Shown here piece by piece: positions 24,001 to 39,000 of a stretch of 64,000 nucleotides of DNA. A program made the position numbers and the translations under genes. Source of the DNA: Lingula anatina (lineage: Eukaryota; Animalia; Brachiopoda). The notes below the pieces were generated by a model that had not been told where the DNA came from, did no database searches, and saw nothing but the letters and a program-made list of their open reading frames with translations. Every line of letters starts with the position of its first letter. Within the stretch, counting starts at the first letter, position 1. Location: contig CM120649.1 of the NCBI GenBank assembly GCA_051362555.1, positions 5,580,001-5,644,000 of the forward strand, given 5' to 3'.

Positions 24001-27000
24001 CAATATCAAAGTTACTGTTAAGGTTTTGGCCCGTCTTAGCTGTTATGCACATCGGTGGAGATAGCGTTTTACTTTTTTGACTAGAGCACGCGCTTATAGT
24101 TAGTTATGTTCTGATCATTAAAAGTCACTAATTCCCGCAATGAGGTAAGACTTTATGAATCATTTAGTAATTTAAACAGTTAATAGGAACTTTATAAGTT
24201 GTAATTGTAACATAATTTAAGGATAATTTCTTAATTTGATGTATTTTGTTCATTTCAGTTTCTACGTGACAATTTCAATGACAAGCAAATAAAATAGATG
24301 TGAAAAAGACTAAAGAAGTTTGCTTATTCGTAACAGTAGAAACTCAGCGACGATTTAGTGAAAGATAATAGAAACTGAGCGACGATTTAGTGAAAGACGA
24401 TCAGCATAGTATTTAGAAAAGATGGCAACACAAGCGGAAATGTTACTGCTGCAAGCAGAACTGAAAAGGGTAGAGTCGGATATAGACCAAACCATGTGTG
24501 AGTTGGAAAAGCATTTTAATTTCACAAAGTCAAATATAAAAAAGACATCTACGCCCAAAAATGCACTAACATCTTGTGCCCCACTCACTTTGTGTGAGCA
24601 AACTACGATAGCAAAGGAACTCAGTAAACCAAGAATTCAGATTCAAGTATTTGAAGGTGACCCGATCAAATATGTGCTGTTTAAGAGACAGTTCAAAAGT
24701 AGAATCATAGAAACATGCGACTCTGACGATGAAAAACTGAACTATCTACTGCAATACACCAGAGGTGAGCCTCATGAAATTACGCTAGGATTCGCTCACT
24801 TAGATGCATCCATTGGTTTCAAGGCCACATGGAAGGAATTTGAGAGAAGGTATGGGGACCAAGAACAGATTGCGACATCGTATATAAACCGTGCTTTACA
24901 GTGGCCAGTGATAAAGCATGATGATTATGTCGCATTAGACAAATACGGCATATTTTTAAGGGAATGTGAATATGCAGTAAAAGAAATAGATGCCATTCCA
25001 GTCCTCGAGTATCCCGATAACCTTAAGAGGCTAATGACGAAGCTGCCGCTCAAATTGCATGATAAATGGAGAAGCATAGTATATGAAAGGAAGGAAAGGG
25101 GACAGAAGATAACCTTTCAGGTTTTCGTCGATTTTGTGCAGAAAGAAGCACGAAAATTGGCTGACCCCATTTTTGGAAAGGTTCCACCGCCACCAGAGAG
25201 ACCTATACCAGCACCAAGGAGAAGAGTTCCAGCACAAACAGTACTGTCTAGTGCCTCTGCATCCAACAACGAAAGACACGTTCACAAGTGTATATTATGC
25301 AAGGAACAACATAAACTTCACCAATGCCCAGAAATGCAAGAAAAGACAATGGATGAAAGAATCGGCATTATAAAGAATAATGGGTTATGTTTTGGGTGCC
25401 TTGCATATGGTCACAGAAAACATGAATGCAGAAGTAAAATGAAATGCCAAAAATGTAACTCTTATCATCCAACAATTCTACATGATGACAATTACACTAG
25501 TAAAGTAGTGGGAGCAGCTGTATGCCATACCACCCACAGTTCTGAGAATGTGCATTCCATGATAGTGCCAGTTGTAGTACACCACGAGGATAATCCAGAC
25601 ATTTATTCAGTGGTATATGCAGTACTAGACGAGCAGTCAGATGCCTGCTTTGTAAAGTCCTCGACCCTCAGTGAACTCGAATGTAAAGGGAAGCATGTAG
25701 ACATCAGACTTTCAACCATACTTGGAGAAAAAACCGTCCCGAGCAGGAAAGTTAGAGGACTTGTTGTGAGAGGTCTGAACCAAGAGACATTGATTGAGCT
25801 CCCAGATACATACTCCAGAGACTCCATTCCAGTTAAGCGATCACAGATACCCAGACCAGAAACTGCTAAGAAATGGCCACACTTGCACTCAATTGCTGAT
25901 AAGATTACTCCTTATCGCCCAGACATAGAGGTAGGACTGCTGTTGGGAGTAAACTGTATGAAAGCCATTAGAGGTCTGGAGTACATACATGGTAGAGGAG
26001 AGGAGCCATATGCATACAGATGTAACCTAGGTTGGGGTATAGTAGGGCCAGTGGACAAATCAAGACCCATAGATGAGAACAAGAGCTTTGGAACACATGC
26101 CTTTGCCTTTAGAACACAAGTGACAGAGATCAGCCCCGCTGAGGTTTGCAGTCTCTTTGACCAAGGTTTCGACCAACAGAAAGATGAGAAGTTAAGCCTT
26201 CAAGACCAGAAGTTCATGAAGATTATGGAGGAAGGCATACATTTCAACGAGGGTTTTTATGAGATGCCACTACCATTTAAAGATGGACATCCAGCATTGC
26301 CAAACAACAAACCAGCAGCTGAGATCAGGCTAGAGCAGCTAAGGAAAAGGCTAATCCACAACCCGAAGTATTATGAGCACTATAACAGTTTTATGCAGGA
26401 CCTCATAGATAAATGCTATGCAGAAGAATCACCTCATGAAGATGGAGGTTGGTACTTACCACATCATGGTGTATATCACCCCAAGAAACGTGAGAAATTA
26501 CGAGTGGTGTTTGATGCCAGTGCAAAACGTGAAAATGTTGCGCTAAACGACTGCCTGTTGAAAGGACCTGATCAGAATAACTCGCTCATAGGTGTTTTAT
26601 TGAGGTTTAGAGAGCAGCCAGTAGCAATCATGGGTGACATGGAGAACATGTTTCACAGGTTTAAAGTGAAAGAAGAGGATAGAAAGTTTTTACAGTTCCT
26701 ATGGTGGAAAGACGGTGACCTCAGTAGTAATCCCATCACATACAGAATGACGTCTCATATATTTGGAGCGATAAGTTCACCAGCATGCGCATTGTATGGA
26801 CTGAGGAAACTAGCAGAGGACTACCAAGATGAGTATTCACCAGACGTCATTGCCTTTCTTAAGAATGACTTTTATGTAGACGATGGACTCAAGAGCATCG
26901 AGTCAAGTGAAGAAGCTATACGTCTTGTTAGAGAAACAAGAGAGCTGCTGAACAAAGGTAACCTAAGACTTCACAAGCTAGTATCAAACAACCGTGAAGT

Positions 27001-30000
27001 GATGAATACAATCCAAATGTCAGAGAGAGCCAAAGAAATGAGAAACATTAACCTTAACAGAGACACATTGCCAATATGCCCAGCTTTAGGAGTACAGTGG
27101 TGTGTAGAAGCGGACAGTTTTCAGTTTAAGGTCCAGACCAATGATAAGCCATTAACAAGAAGGGGAATTCTCTCCACTGTAAGTTCCATATTTGACCCTT
27201 TAGGCCTTGTCTCACCATTCATCCTTGCCGGTAAGAAAATTCTCCAAGAGCTATGCAGAGACGGTGCAGAGTGGGATGATCAAGTGCCAGAGAGTATTAG
27301 ATGCAGATGGGAAAGATGGCGCTCAGATTTGCTGAACTTAACCAAGTTGAATATACCACGGTGCTATAAGCCAAATGATTTTGGTGAAGTGACTACTGCA
27401 GAACTTCATCACTTCTCAGATGCCAGTGTAGAAGGCCTAGGTCAGTGTAGTTACTTGAGACTTAAAAGCAACACAGGAAGAATAGCAACCACATTAGTTA
27501 TGGGCAAGTCCAAGGTAGCTCCCTCTAAACCAGTAACAGTCCCACGCTTAGAGTTGTCAGCAGCAGTGATGTCTATAAAGGTGGGGACCTTTCTTGCCAA
27601 GGAGTTAGAGTATGAGGACATCACCCATGTGTATTGGACTGACAGCAAAGTTGTTCTAGGGTATGTCAATAATGATGCTAAGAGATTTCATGTCTTTGTA
27701 GCAAATAGAATACAACAAATTAGAGAAGTCAGTCAGCCATCCCAATGGAGGCATGTTAAGTCCAGTGACAACCCAGCTGATATAGCCTCCAGGGGAACAG
27801 GTGTGACAGAGCTACTACAGAATGAACAGTGGTGGAGTGGGCCAGACTTTCTGCGCATTGATGAACCACTATCTACCACTGATACCCAATTCAGACTAGC
27901 ACCAGATGACCCAGAAGTACGCAAATCTGAAGTCAATGTATTTGCTACTAAAGTAGAAACCAACCACGATCACTTGTCTGATGTATTGAAAAGGTTTTCT
28001 TCCTGGAACAGAGCAACACGAGTTGTTACGTGGTGTTTACGATTCATACAGAAGCTGAAACAAGCTAAGAACAGGAAATCTACACAGCAGAACACAGTTG
28101 AGACCAGCAATGAACCGTTGAATGTTCAAGAAATACAAGTGGCAGAAAAGATCATTCTCAAGTCAACACAGATTGCTACATTTGAGAAGGAAATTGCAAT
28201 ACTGAAAGCAATTAACAGAGAAGATAACAGTGAACACACAGAGAGAAAACAGGCAAGATATCGCAACGAACAAATCAAGAAAACCAGTTCACTGTACCGC
28301 CTAGACCCATTTTTATGTGAAGATGGACTACTCAGAGTAGGTGGTCGTATAAAGAGGTCAAATCTACCCAGAGAGCTAACACACCCAGTGATTCTGCCTA
28401 AGCATCATCACGTTACAAATCTCATAATTGACCACTATCATACACGATGCGGACATTCAGGAAGTGGCATTACTCTTAATGAAGTCCGAGCTAGTGGTTA
28501 TTGGATAATTTCTGGCCATGCCAAGATTGGATCATATATATGGAAATGTGTGACCTGTCGTAAGCTACGAGCAAACTCACAGAGTCAGAAAATGTCAGAT
28601 CTTCCAGCTGACAGACTGGAACCAGCACCTCCATTCACCTACAGTGCAGTAGATTTCTTTGGACCATTCTATGTGAAGGAGGGAAGAAAGCAGATGAAGA
28701 GATATGGTGCTATGTTTACATGTTTAGCATCACGTGCTATTCATATAGAAGTTGCATATTCACTCAGCACAGATTCTTTCATTAACTGCTACAGACGCTT
28801 TGTATGCAGGCGTGGACCAGTACGTCTACTCAGAGCAGACCGTGGAACCAATTTCATTGGAGTTAAGGGAGAACAAGAAACTGCCTTTATGGATATGGAT
28901 CAGGACAAGATCAGGAGAGAACTTCTGAAAGACCATTGTGACTGGATTCAGTTTGAAATGAATGTTCCTCATGCTTCACATATGGGAGGCGTGTGGGAAA
29001 GGATGATCAGATCAGCCAGAAATGCTTTATCAGGACTTCTCACAGCTCACAGTGACCGTTTAGATGATGATACCTTGTCCACATTGTTAATTGAGGCAGA
29101 AGCCATAGTTAACAGTAGACCTTTGACTTACATTGATACACAGTCACCAGATTCTCCAATGCCTTTGTCTCCAAATCAGCTCCTGACCCTGAAAACTAAG
29201 GTCGTGATGCCACCAACTGGGAATTTCATAAGGAAAGACACATACCTTCATCGAAGATGGCGACATGTTCAATATCTAGCCAATGAATTTTGGAACAGGT
29301 GGAGAAAGGAATTTCTTCCTACATTACAAGAGAGAAAAAGGTGGATCAAACAACATAGAGATGTACAAGTTGGAGATATTGTTCTAATGATAGATGACAG
29401 TGCACCAAGAAATCAGTGGCCACTTGGTCGCATAGCAGAAACCTTTCAAAGTGCAGATGGATATGTGCGTAAGGTCAAGTTGAAAGTTAGGGACTCTACA
29501 TATGAGAGACCAGTGCACAAGTTAATTCTTTTATTGACCGGAGAAGACCCCGTCGAGGAGCCAAAATAACTGTTAACTGTGACAATGTCAGTTTGTTATG
29601 ATTCTATGCTACAGTTTGTGTAGATTTAATGAACACTTTTGTTTTCTAAAGACAGTTACATGTTGGACTATTTGTGTTTATGAGATTGCAAAGTATTTTA
29701 TGTTTTAATAACAGTAAGTTTTGATGTTCCTTAAAGGTGTTTAAGGTACGGTAATTCTTAATAATTTCCGAGCAAATATTTTTTATACGTAATGATAAGG
29801 TAAACAGTGTATATTGTGTAAATTGCTTTCACAATTTAGGGGAGCCATGTTAAGGTTTTGGCCCGTCTTAGCTGTTATGCACATCGGTGGAGATAGCGTT
29901 TTACTTTTTTGACTAGAGCACGCGCTTATAGTTAGTTATGTTCTGATCATTAAAAGTCACTAATTCCCGCAATGAGGTAAGACTTTATGAATCATTTAGT

Positions 30001-33000
30001 AATTTAAACAGTTAATAGGAACTTTATAAGTTGTAATTGTAACATAATTTAAGGATAATTTCTTAATTTGATGTATTTTGTTCATTTCAGTTTCTACGTG
30101 ACAATTTCAATGACAAGCAAATAAAATAGATGTGAAAAAGACTAAAGAAGTTTGCTTATTCGTAACAGTTACCTATAACTGTTTAGATAATTTATTGAAA
30201 TCGCATGTACGAATACGCACATACAAAAGTATACTAAACCATATACTGGTGTAACGTGACAGTATGTACCCCATAATAGAGAATCCGCTTCCCATTCATT
30301 GGGACAGGTAAGTCTCGACCTAGATTTTGACCCACTTAGGTCAGGCTAACCCTAACCATTATAGCTTAGTCCCTGCCCCCAAAAAACTACAAGCCGATAA
30401 TGCACTACCTGGTTGGAGGGATGTTGGAAGTGTGGCGTTCTTTGTCACTGTGACAACTCCAGAATTGTCATTGAATACTGGCGGTGATATGGTCACATTT
30501 GTTTTGTCCTGTCCTTTTTCTAAGACTATCCTAGTAAACGGGATACAGTCGGACAGACTAGGAGGCTCAATATCTATGGCAAAAAGACAAAACAAGAGCA
30601 TATTTATGGGAACATCGTGCGCAACTGTTATTCAAAAGCCATGGATTTTCGTTATGCAATTTCTGAAGATATCATCCTTCAAAATTTCGCTCATCCAATG
30701 TATAATTACGCTTAAATGATAAAGTTTTATATAAACTTCATTCTAAACTGTATTCTATTCTTCACTTCACCATTGTACAACTTTTATTACATATTGTTTT
30801 AAATTCCTGTCTTAAAAATTTCCCTTGACTAAAATTCGGTAACTTAAGATGAACCGTTCGTTACCCCGACAACTGAAGTTTCCTTCGCGCCATACAGCCA
30901 CGCCATCTATGACGTCACATGTTCTATTGGAATATCCCGTTTGTAGGTACCCTGGACGGCAGATGGCAGCACAAGTGGCCCCTTCATGATTCTGACAGTC
31001 TATGTAAACTATACCAGATTCCTTGGTCTCGTCTGCTAATGGGCATCTTGGTACTGTGCGATGAAACGTAAATTTTTAAAGTAGCCGCAACATCATTCAT
31101 CGAAAATACAACAACATTTGCTGTACTATTTTTTTTTCTAAAAATAATGCTCAAATAGTAGAAAACATAGACATTTTCATCAAAATTAAAATGCAAACGT
31201 CCCGTGCCTGTCACCATTCTCACCTATAACCTGGATGTGAAATGTGCACGTCCCGCTGTCACCATCACGGTGACCCGTGGCAACGATGGTGTGAGTTCCT
31301 TCAGTGAATGTCCCTGGGTTGCTACGGGAGTACGTGAAATCTACGGTGCCGTTTTTGCCATCAATGACCGTCGGTTCTCCCCACGATATTGTTGCAGAGA
31401 GGTTGCCTCCCGTTGTTTTGACCGTAATGTCATCCGGGCAGTCTAACAAAGGGGCTGCGTTCACTTAAAAAGACATGCTTTAACATTAAAATGATTGAAT
31501 AAATAGCAGGGGCGGAAGACGGGAACTGGTAAATCATGACATTTCCTTTATAAATCCACGGAAGTTTATCATATGGATAGGATAAACTTCTACTGGGCAC
31601 TCCAATATTTGTTTTATAATATTATTACCAGGGGCGTATCCAGATACATTTTTCTTGCGGTCGTCCAAATTATCTTTCATGATCCATCCTCCATTTTTGA
31701 CGGTCTTTCGATAGAAAAAATTAAATACCCGTCGATGTAAACTTGAAAATCTGACCGCCTTTGGAAAGACCAAAAAGACGGCCTCAATCTACCCCAATAA
31801 AACATAACCAATTGTGTTTAATGTGAAATATAATAATTTCGCCGTACACTGTGTATTACATTCGGAACGAACACAAGAACCAGCTTTTTTCCACCTGCCC
31901 AAAGTTCAATTACGTAACATACCTGAGCATCTTGCCGCGACGCCTGACCAGTGGCCTCCTGTGAGACAAGTTCTCTCCGAGTTCCCCTCCACCCGGTAGC
32001 CCTCCAGACAGGAGATGGTACATACGCTACCCGGCACCACGCCGTCCGCAGACTTACAAGGGCCTGGGATTGCGGTGCCATTGCTTGGCGGGGATAAGGC
32101 TGGACACCTCTTCACTGGAACGGGAATTTTTATAGAACTGGTAATATCAATATGTGGATGGAATGGGAACACTGATATTTAGCACTTTTATTTCGAGTCT
32201 TATTCGGTGAATTTACGAAATAGCAATGTTTGAACTTTGAACAACACGTAATGCGTATCACTACTGCATTTAGTGATTTGGCTATTCGAGTAAAATTTAA
32301 TAACACATTCCACATACGCACGCGCGCGCGCGCACACACACACAAACACAAATACTTTCATGAATACATGACGTACAAAGAGTCGTTGATAGGATGGGAT
32401 AATTTTCCAAACAAGAGAGCGGTGTCGTCATTCCTGTCGCCTTGTTCAATGAACCTCGTCGTGGTCACCAACAAAATCGCTTCCGTATATCCGGAGTTAC
32501 GTACATGTATGACGTCTGGGTGGTGTTAAAAAAAAACAGGACTTTCCTTTCACGGTGGGTATTATAACACAACTTATTACCTGTACAATTAACAGGCTCC
32601 CCCGACCACACCCCTTGTTCTGTGCATGTTCTAGTGGCGTTCCCCGACTCGAGCTCGTACCCATCAGCGCATTTCTGTTGACATACATCTCCGTAGTTGT
32701 AAGGCTGTCTGCAGGTGGATTTTGTGGTGTGGGGGCGGACTGGGAGTTCGGAGCATTGAACAACTGGAAATTGTACGCATGTAAAGTTCAAAGCATTTCA
32801 CCTTTTGGAATTGAACACATGTAATACCGTTAAGGGTCAATAGAGTCAGACAGAAATTGAATTTTGTGAAAAGAAATTACGAAGGCAAGAAAGAAAAATG
32901 TTTGTATAAATACTTCATTCAATATTGCTAAATAGTTTTTTGTTACTAAAAATCTCAGTGTAAGCTCGATGGAAATTCTTTTTACAATAGAGTCAGACAG

Positions 33001-36000
33001 AAATTGAATTTAAATTGCGCCACCGGGTTTGATCAAGTCATTTCCTCCTCTCGTATCAAAAACAGCTGTCTTTAAAGCATAAACTTACTGTTGCAGGCTC
33101 CAGTTATCGGTCCCCAGTTAGTATCGGTGGTGGCATTATGCGCCTCACAAATGACGTACTCGTTTCCAGCCAGTGTGTAGCCAGTGGCGCACCCTATCGT
33201 ACAGACGGCGCCCCAGTGTGATCTACATTCGTCTTTGACGTGCGCATGCCTCGGAAGTGTCAGGTTTGGGCATCTCTTAACTACAAACATTTTGAAGAAA
33301 ATATGTTCATAGTGCTCATGTTTCGGTACACAATATTAAAGGGATAACTCTTCGTATGAGATCTATATTTCACAATAAAAACATTGTGAATAACTCAAAG
33401 AAATGTAATATATTCTGTTTTACAATAACGACAGTTTAAGCTATTTTAAATCTGATATCTGATATTATCTTTGGACCACGTGACCTCCATTGATGGCTAT
33501 ACTCTGTTAAAATCTCTTAAGAGATTAAGAGATTTTAACAAAAAACCAAACTTTTAAGAAAAAAAACCGGAACTAACTTTGAATGTAAAAATGGATTCAT
33601 TAACCATTGGTAAGTATGGGAAAATTGTTGTTTACTCCAGTAAAATTAATTTTTTGGCCAAAACGAAGAGTTATCATTCCTTTAAAAATGATACTTAGAA
33701 AAAAGTCTTTTTTATTTCATAACTGTAACAATATTTACATCTACTCGTACATACTTTAACTGAATCATTATCAGCAATCATCAACAATATCACTTCACAC
33801 TAACTTATTTAAGAATATCAAAGACACCAACAGGCAGAACATGTATAATACAGTCTACCATTCCATAAAGTTAACGTTATTTTTAATTGCACGTCAACTG
33901 ATATCGCTCTAGCTTTCTGTAACCTGTACCGGTACATTAATGCCCGGTATATCTACATTGATTGTTAATTCGACACAAAATCAACAGATGAATCCACAAT
34001 TCGAAATTACCTTGAACTTCGACTGTGAAACTGCACGTGGCAATATTACCAGCCTTATCCGTCGCGTTCACGTACACGTGCGTTACCCCTTCCCCAAAGG
34101 TTGCCGGGGAACGAAGACTTTGTGAAATTTGCACTGCGCCCGGCAAGTTATCTGAAGCCTGCGGGTCGGCCCACGAGGCAGTGGCGGATGTATGTCCCCT
34201 AGCAGCTGTGACTACAATGCTTTGTGGGCACGTCAGAGTCGGTGGTATGCCATCTAAAAATGGATAACAACGCAAGGAATGAAGTAATAACCTAATGCAT
34301 GTAGTATTGTTTAGCAATAAATTAGCAATACAATACAATATCAGTATACTCTACAATCCACACTTTACTTACCCACGCATTCCAACCCTGTCATGTCACT
34401 CCAAATGCCATCTTTCTGACAGCGGTGCGTTTCACTTCCTTGTAAAATGTAACCCTGCTGACACGTGGTATTGCACGTGGTCTGTTGCGGATGTGACGTC
34501 AAGGAACAGGTGGCGGGATATACAGTTGCAAATGGTGGAGGTAGAAGGGGAGCGCAGGATTTGGCTGAAAGTACACATAGGGTTGCAGCAATTATATATT
34601 GCAATGTCGGGGGTAAGTTAACATAATCGTGCGGTTAATATTTATCAAGTGGGAGAGAGAACGACCCCCTTTCCAAATAAAATGTGTTTATCCAAATCCC
34701 TTTTTATCCATCACCAATCCCAACTCATCCAAACACACACATTATCCCAGGGGAAGAAAAGCGGAAGAACGGAAAAATGTAAACTTCATTTCCCATATAA
34801 CATTTTTTCAAATACATTTATACTTCAATTATGTATTTGGGTTAGGGGTAGTCGAGGAGGACGAGCGTTTTAACCCCCTTTTAGATATCAAACGGATAAC
34901 CCTGTGCTTTATATATACCTATCTTAATGACAAAAACACGTACTTACTTTTACAAACAATACCAACATCCTGATCATGTGTGCAGGAAGTACCACCCCAG
35001 CCATCGTGAGGGCATTGGTCAATAGCTGTTTCCGTGCCATTACATTGGACATTGGTCAACCAGATGTCGCCACTGCCTTGCCTGTGACAGTCTCCGGAGC
35101 TGGCATTACAAGCACTGACAGCACCACTTAATTGAAAGGACTGAATGTAAGTGATATGCACACAAGGAGGAATCAACATTAGACCAAATGGTGCACATTA
35201 ATCGTGGACAATACAATGGGCAAGGGAATATATTACCAACGCCTTGACAATAATACAGTAGTAGTGTAGTTCCTGCGCGAGTTGCCATCATGGATTGTAC
35301 CATTATCTCCTCTTACTATATCAAATTAAGTTCAAAAGGAATTTAGAAGGAATGCTGGGTATTTCTATCACAATATTTTCCTTTCGCCTTTACTGAAAAA
35401 TGCCCGTCCCAATGCCATTAACTTTAATCCACTCCAAGCATCAGACAATGACCTGCTACATGTAGGAACCCAAGTTTTATATCTGATACGTGCCAAATTG
35501 TTTATTTGTATATTTATTATTTTCTTATGCCAACGAAAGGCAGATATCCTTAAGATTTCAGAATAAAATCTGGCGCACTTAAGGTGTAAAAGTACCTAGG
35601 GTACTTGGATTTTTGGCTCTTGATATCGTACAAACCTGAACCCCAGGGCACTACACATGACAGTGCTGTCAAGGATATCCCAGCCAAGACTACATACTGT
35701 GCCCCAGTAACCAGCGTTATAAACCTCGATCAGTCCTTCATTTGTCTGGTTCCCATTCCTTAATCGGACGTCTCCTTTTCTTGGTGGAGGTGCGTTGGAT
35801 CCTACAACATTCAAAAATGGGCGGGTCAAGTTCATTAGCGGCTACAAGTGTGCTGCACTATCTACTCGGCTGCAAAGAGATATATGGTGCGGCTAATTTA
35901 GTTTTTGCATTATTATTCTTATTTTGTTTTTACTTTTTCCTCTAATCATATCCAGAAAAAAAGTCATAGAAAGACGTTACATTGCTATTTACGACGTACT

Positions 36001-39000
36001 TGAAGTGAGCAATTGGCACTAATGAGAAATTCATTATACACATGCATGCACGTGTGTTTATGGTACCGATCATGATCAGAAGCGATTATCAATCGGTTTG
36101 TCTACGGAAATTTACCATCGTAACACCAAACCCCGGCGTCCTCTCTGTGGTCACAGTTAGTGTGCGCCCACTGACCATGAGAACACTCGGACAATGACCC
36201 TTCATGCCCACTGCACTGGACATCATCTAACATTATGATCCCAGACCCCTGACCGAAATACGCTCCGACGTACGACTTTCCGTGCCTAAAATTACACGAC
36301 AGAGTTTGATAAATATAATGTAGAAAAAAAAAAGAAATACGAAAAATGAGAAAATATATAAAACATTGACAAAATCGAGCACCCCTTTCTGTAGTCAATT
36401 ATGAAAATATAGATAAACGGGGTGTGCTTGTCAGCTGTTTTTTTTAAATTTATTTATTTATTATCATATTTTTTTTGCATCGGTACTTCTTCCAAAAACA
36501 ATCTTTTTTTATTGCCCAATTCTTTCGCCAACAGAGAACTTGATGGAGTCTAACCTATGGACATTATAGTTTCACATATACTCACTGGTACCCAAGCATC
36601 CTACAGACAACAGTTGCAGCGTTGTCATCCCAGCCATCGTCGCAAACCGACCCCCATGAGCCACCGTAGTACACCTCTAGACGACCGTAATATGCCCCAT
36701 CGTCTGGCGCAAGTCGTACGCTGCCATATTCCGCTGCATAGAAAGAGAGGTTATTCGTGTTAGTCATACTTACAACAAATAATGATTTTTAGATTATTAT
36801 TTTTTTAATTTTTATTATTTTTTTTTTTTTTTATTTTTTTTTTTGAAAATCGTTTTTGGGTTTGTACTCTTAAGGGTCTTAAAGGCAACTGTTACGTTTT
36901 TTAAGATCAAAAAGGATTTTAAAAAATTTTCGATACACCACTATTTCACCTAGCTTAAAATTCTGAAGCCACACCATTAACTAATCTATTGAGCACTTAA
37001 AGAAATATTACATCACCTCCATACCTCTATTTTGACATGGTCCCTCCGTGAGACTGACGTCATCCAAGCCTATAACACTCTTATTCTCTTCACCAAGAAC
37101 TGCTTCAAACACTACAATATAAGTTCCTTGAGATGTCAAATTCACTTGGCCCAGTTTCCACAGGTCGCCTTGGTTACCATCAGCTGACATGACACGTGTC
37201 GCTTGGTGATTGGACGTTCGGTTGATATAGACGTTCAAAGACCCCATGGATTGCCCGAACATGTGGTAATAGAATTGAAGGCAGGAAGATGTAGTGATGG
37301 TAACAGGTGGTGACCGAAGATACTGAACGTCCTTCAAAATGCCCTTTGCCCCGGCTGCCATGTATCCACCTGTGATTGTAAAATTCAAGTTAAAGCGCCA
37401 TCAGATCATCACAATGCTCTAACAAACATTATTTTGCACCATATAAAAAGGCGCAAGTATACATGTATGTACTGCAGTATCCTAGCTATCTTGCGCCATT
37501 TAAAGAAAAATCACTTATTTACCAGCTGACTGGGATTGGCCTTGTGTGAACAAAGTTTTATTGTTATCCAAGCAAAAAGGGACAGAAAGCAAGTAATGAA
37601 ACGTATATCTCCGAAAATTTAAGCGCAATGGGATTATAATGCATGACTGTAAGGTGTCAAATCAAACCATGTGAAAAGATTGCTTTCTAATCTGCATGGG
37701 TTTAATCTACCATAAAACCAGATTTTAAACCAGAGTTCTTATCACCTTTCCCATCTGTCATTCTTAAACCAAGTCCCTCAATAAAACTACGTTGAAATGA
37801 AACTTACTCCAAAAATGAACATGTAAAACAGGCCTGAAATATTTGACATACCAGTTTTGGTTCCTTTAGTGTGGTCGTGTGCAGGGCCTGATAGCCCGCT
37901 GTTTCGAGAGCTACTGGGTCCAGCCCACAGTATCCAGTCCCCACTAACATTGGTGTATCCACACAGGCGGTTGTCTTCGGTCTCAAATTCGCAATCAATG
38001 GTGGTAGCTGTAAGATATCAAAAATTAGGCAAAACATCTTCCTTAGTCACATTGGAAAACGGTTATCTGCCATAAAGAAGGTCATGACTGGTAAGCGATC
38101 GCTTTGCGTGTTTAAATTCAACTTCCATATCTTTTGTTCGCTACCAGGTTGAAATTGAAAACTTACGAAGATGACAACAAAAGTGTTACTCCCTAGGGTA
38201 CTTTTTCACAGCGAGGGTACGTGTTGGATAACAACAATTCTCTTAAACCGTTTTTTAGAATTGTTGTTATCCAACACGTACGAGTAATATATATGAAAAA
38301 TATTCGAACATCTTTATAATCTAACAGCTTCTTGGCTTACAAAATCTTTGAATAGCTTCAGATGTACAGGCGACAGAAGCATCACTGAAATGGTCACACG
38401 ACTGCTCTCCCCACAGCATATTGTTGCAAAAATCAATCACCGGTTCTTCCCCTACACAGCGCACGCCCGACAGCCATATTGGTCCAGACCCGATGCCAAA
38501 CCTGGCGTTTCTGGGGGATGCAATAAAATGAGAAACATATTGATAAAAAAATGGAAGCTGAGCCTTAGTTGGATAAATTATATTTATGTACCTTAACTCA
38601 ACCAATGATATAGCTTTCTGCACATATGGAAAAGAGAAGAGTGAAATCTATACGCACTACTTACTACGGAACTTTGATAGAAACATTGCCATCCACTTGC
38701 AATGCGTTTGAATTGTGTTCAAGAGTCGAAACCATTATTCAGCGAACACTAAGTGTATCATAAAAAGATAAAGTGGTTTTCACCTTAAACATATGCAATA
38801 TTTAAAAAGTTACTAGATAGATATATAGATAGATAGATAGTCCCGTTTACCTGTATGCCTTGCCTTCAGAATATCCCAGTTGCTTACAAACAATTTTGGC
38901 GTTCTCGTCTGACCAGTGGTGGTCACAAATCGTCCCCCATGTCCCGTTGTACATTACCTCCACTCGTCCGTAGTCACTGGACCCCCCAGCAAGACGCAAC

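Larger units (their letters stand above)
24016..30167 (+). mobile_element. Full-length BEL/Pao LTR retrotransposon, antisense in receptor intron
   Basis: Two 320-bp TG...CA LTRs, TSD GTTAC (24011-24015, 30168-30172), single intact gag-pol ORF, purine tract before the 3' LTR. Confidence 0.97.

Noticed and set aside
24337-24400. 32-bp repeats resembling a CRISPR array
   Set aside because: Two adjacent copies with no spacer, inside a eukaryotic retrotransposon leader
25031-27963. Antisense ORFs within BEL pol
   Set aside because: Shadow ORFs of the long coding frame
32838-33012. 27-bp direct repeat CAATAGAGTCAGACAGAAATTGAATTT
   Set aside because: Local intronic duplication with no element structure between copies
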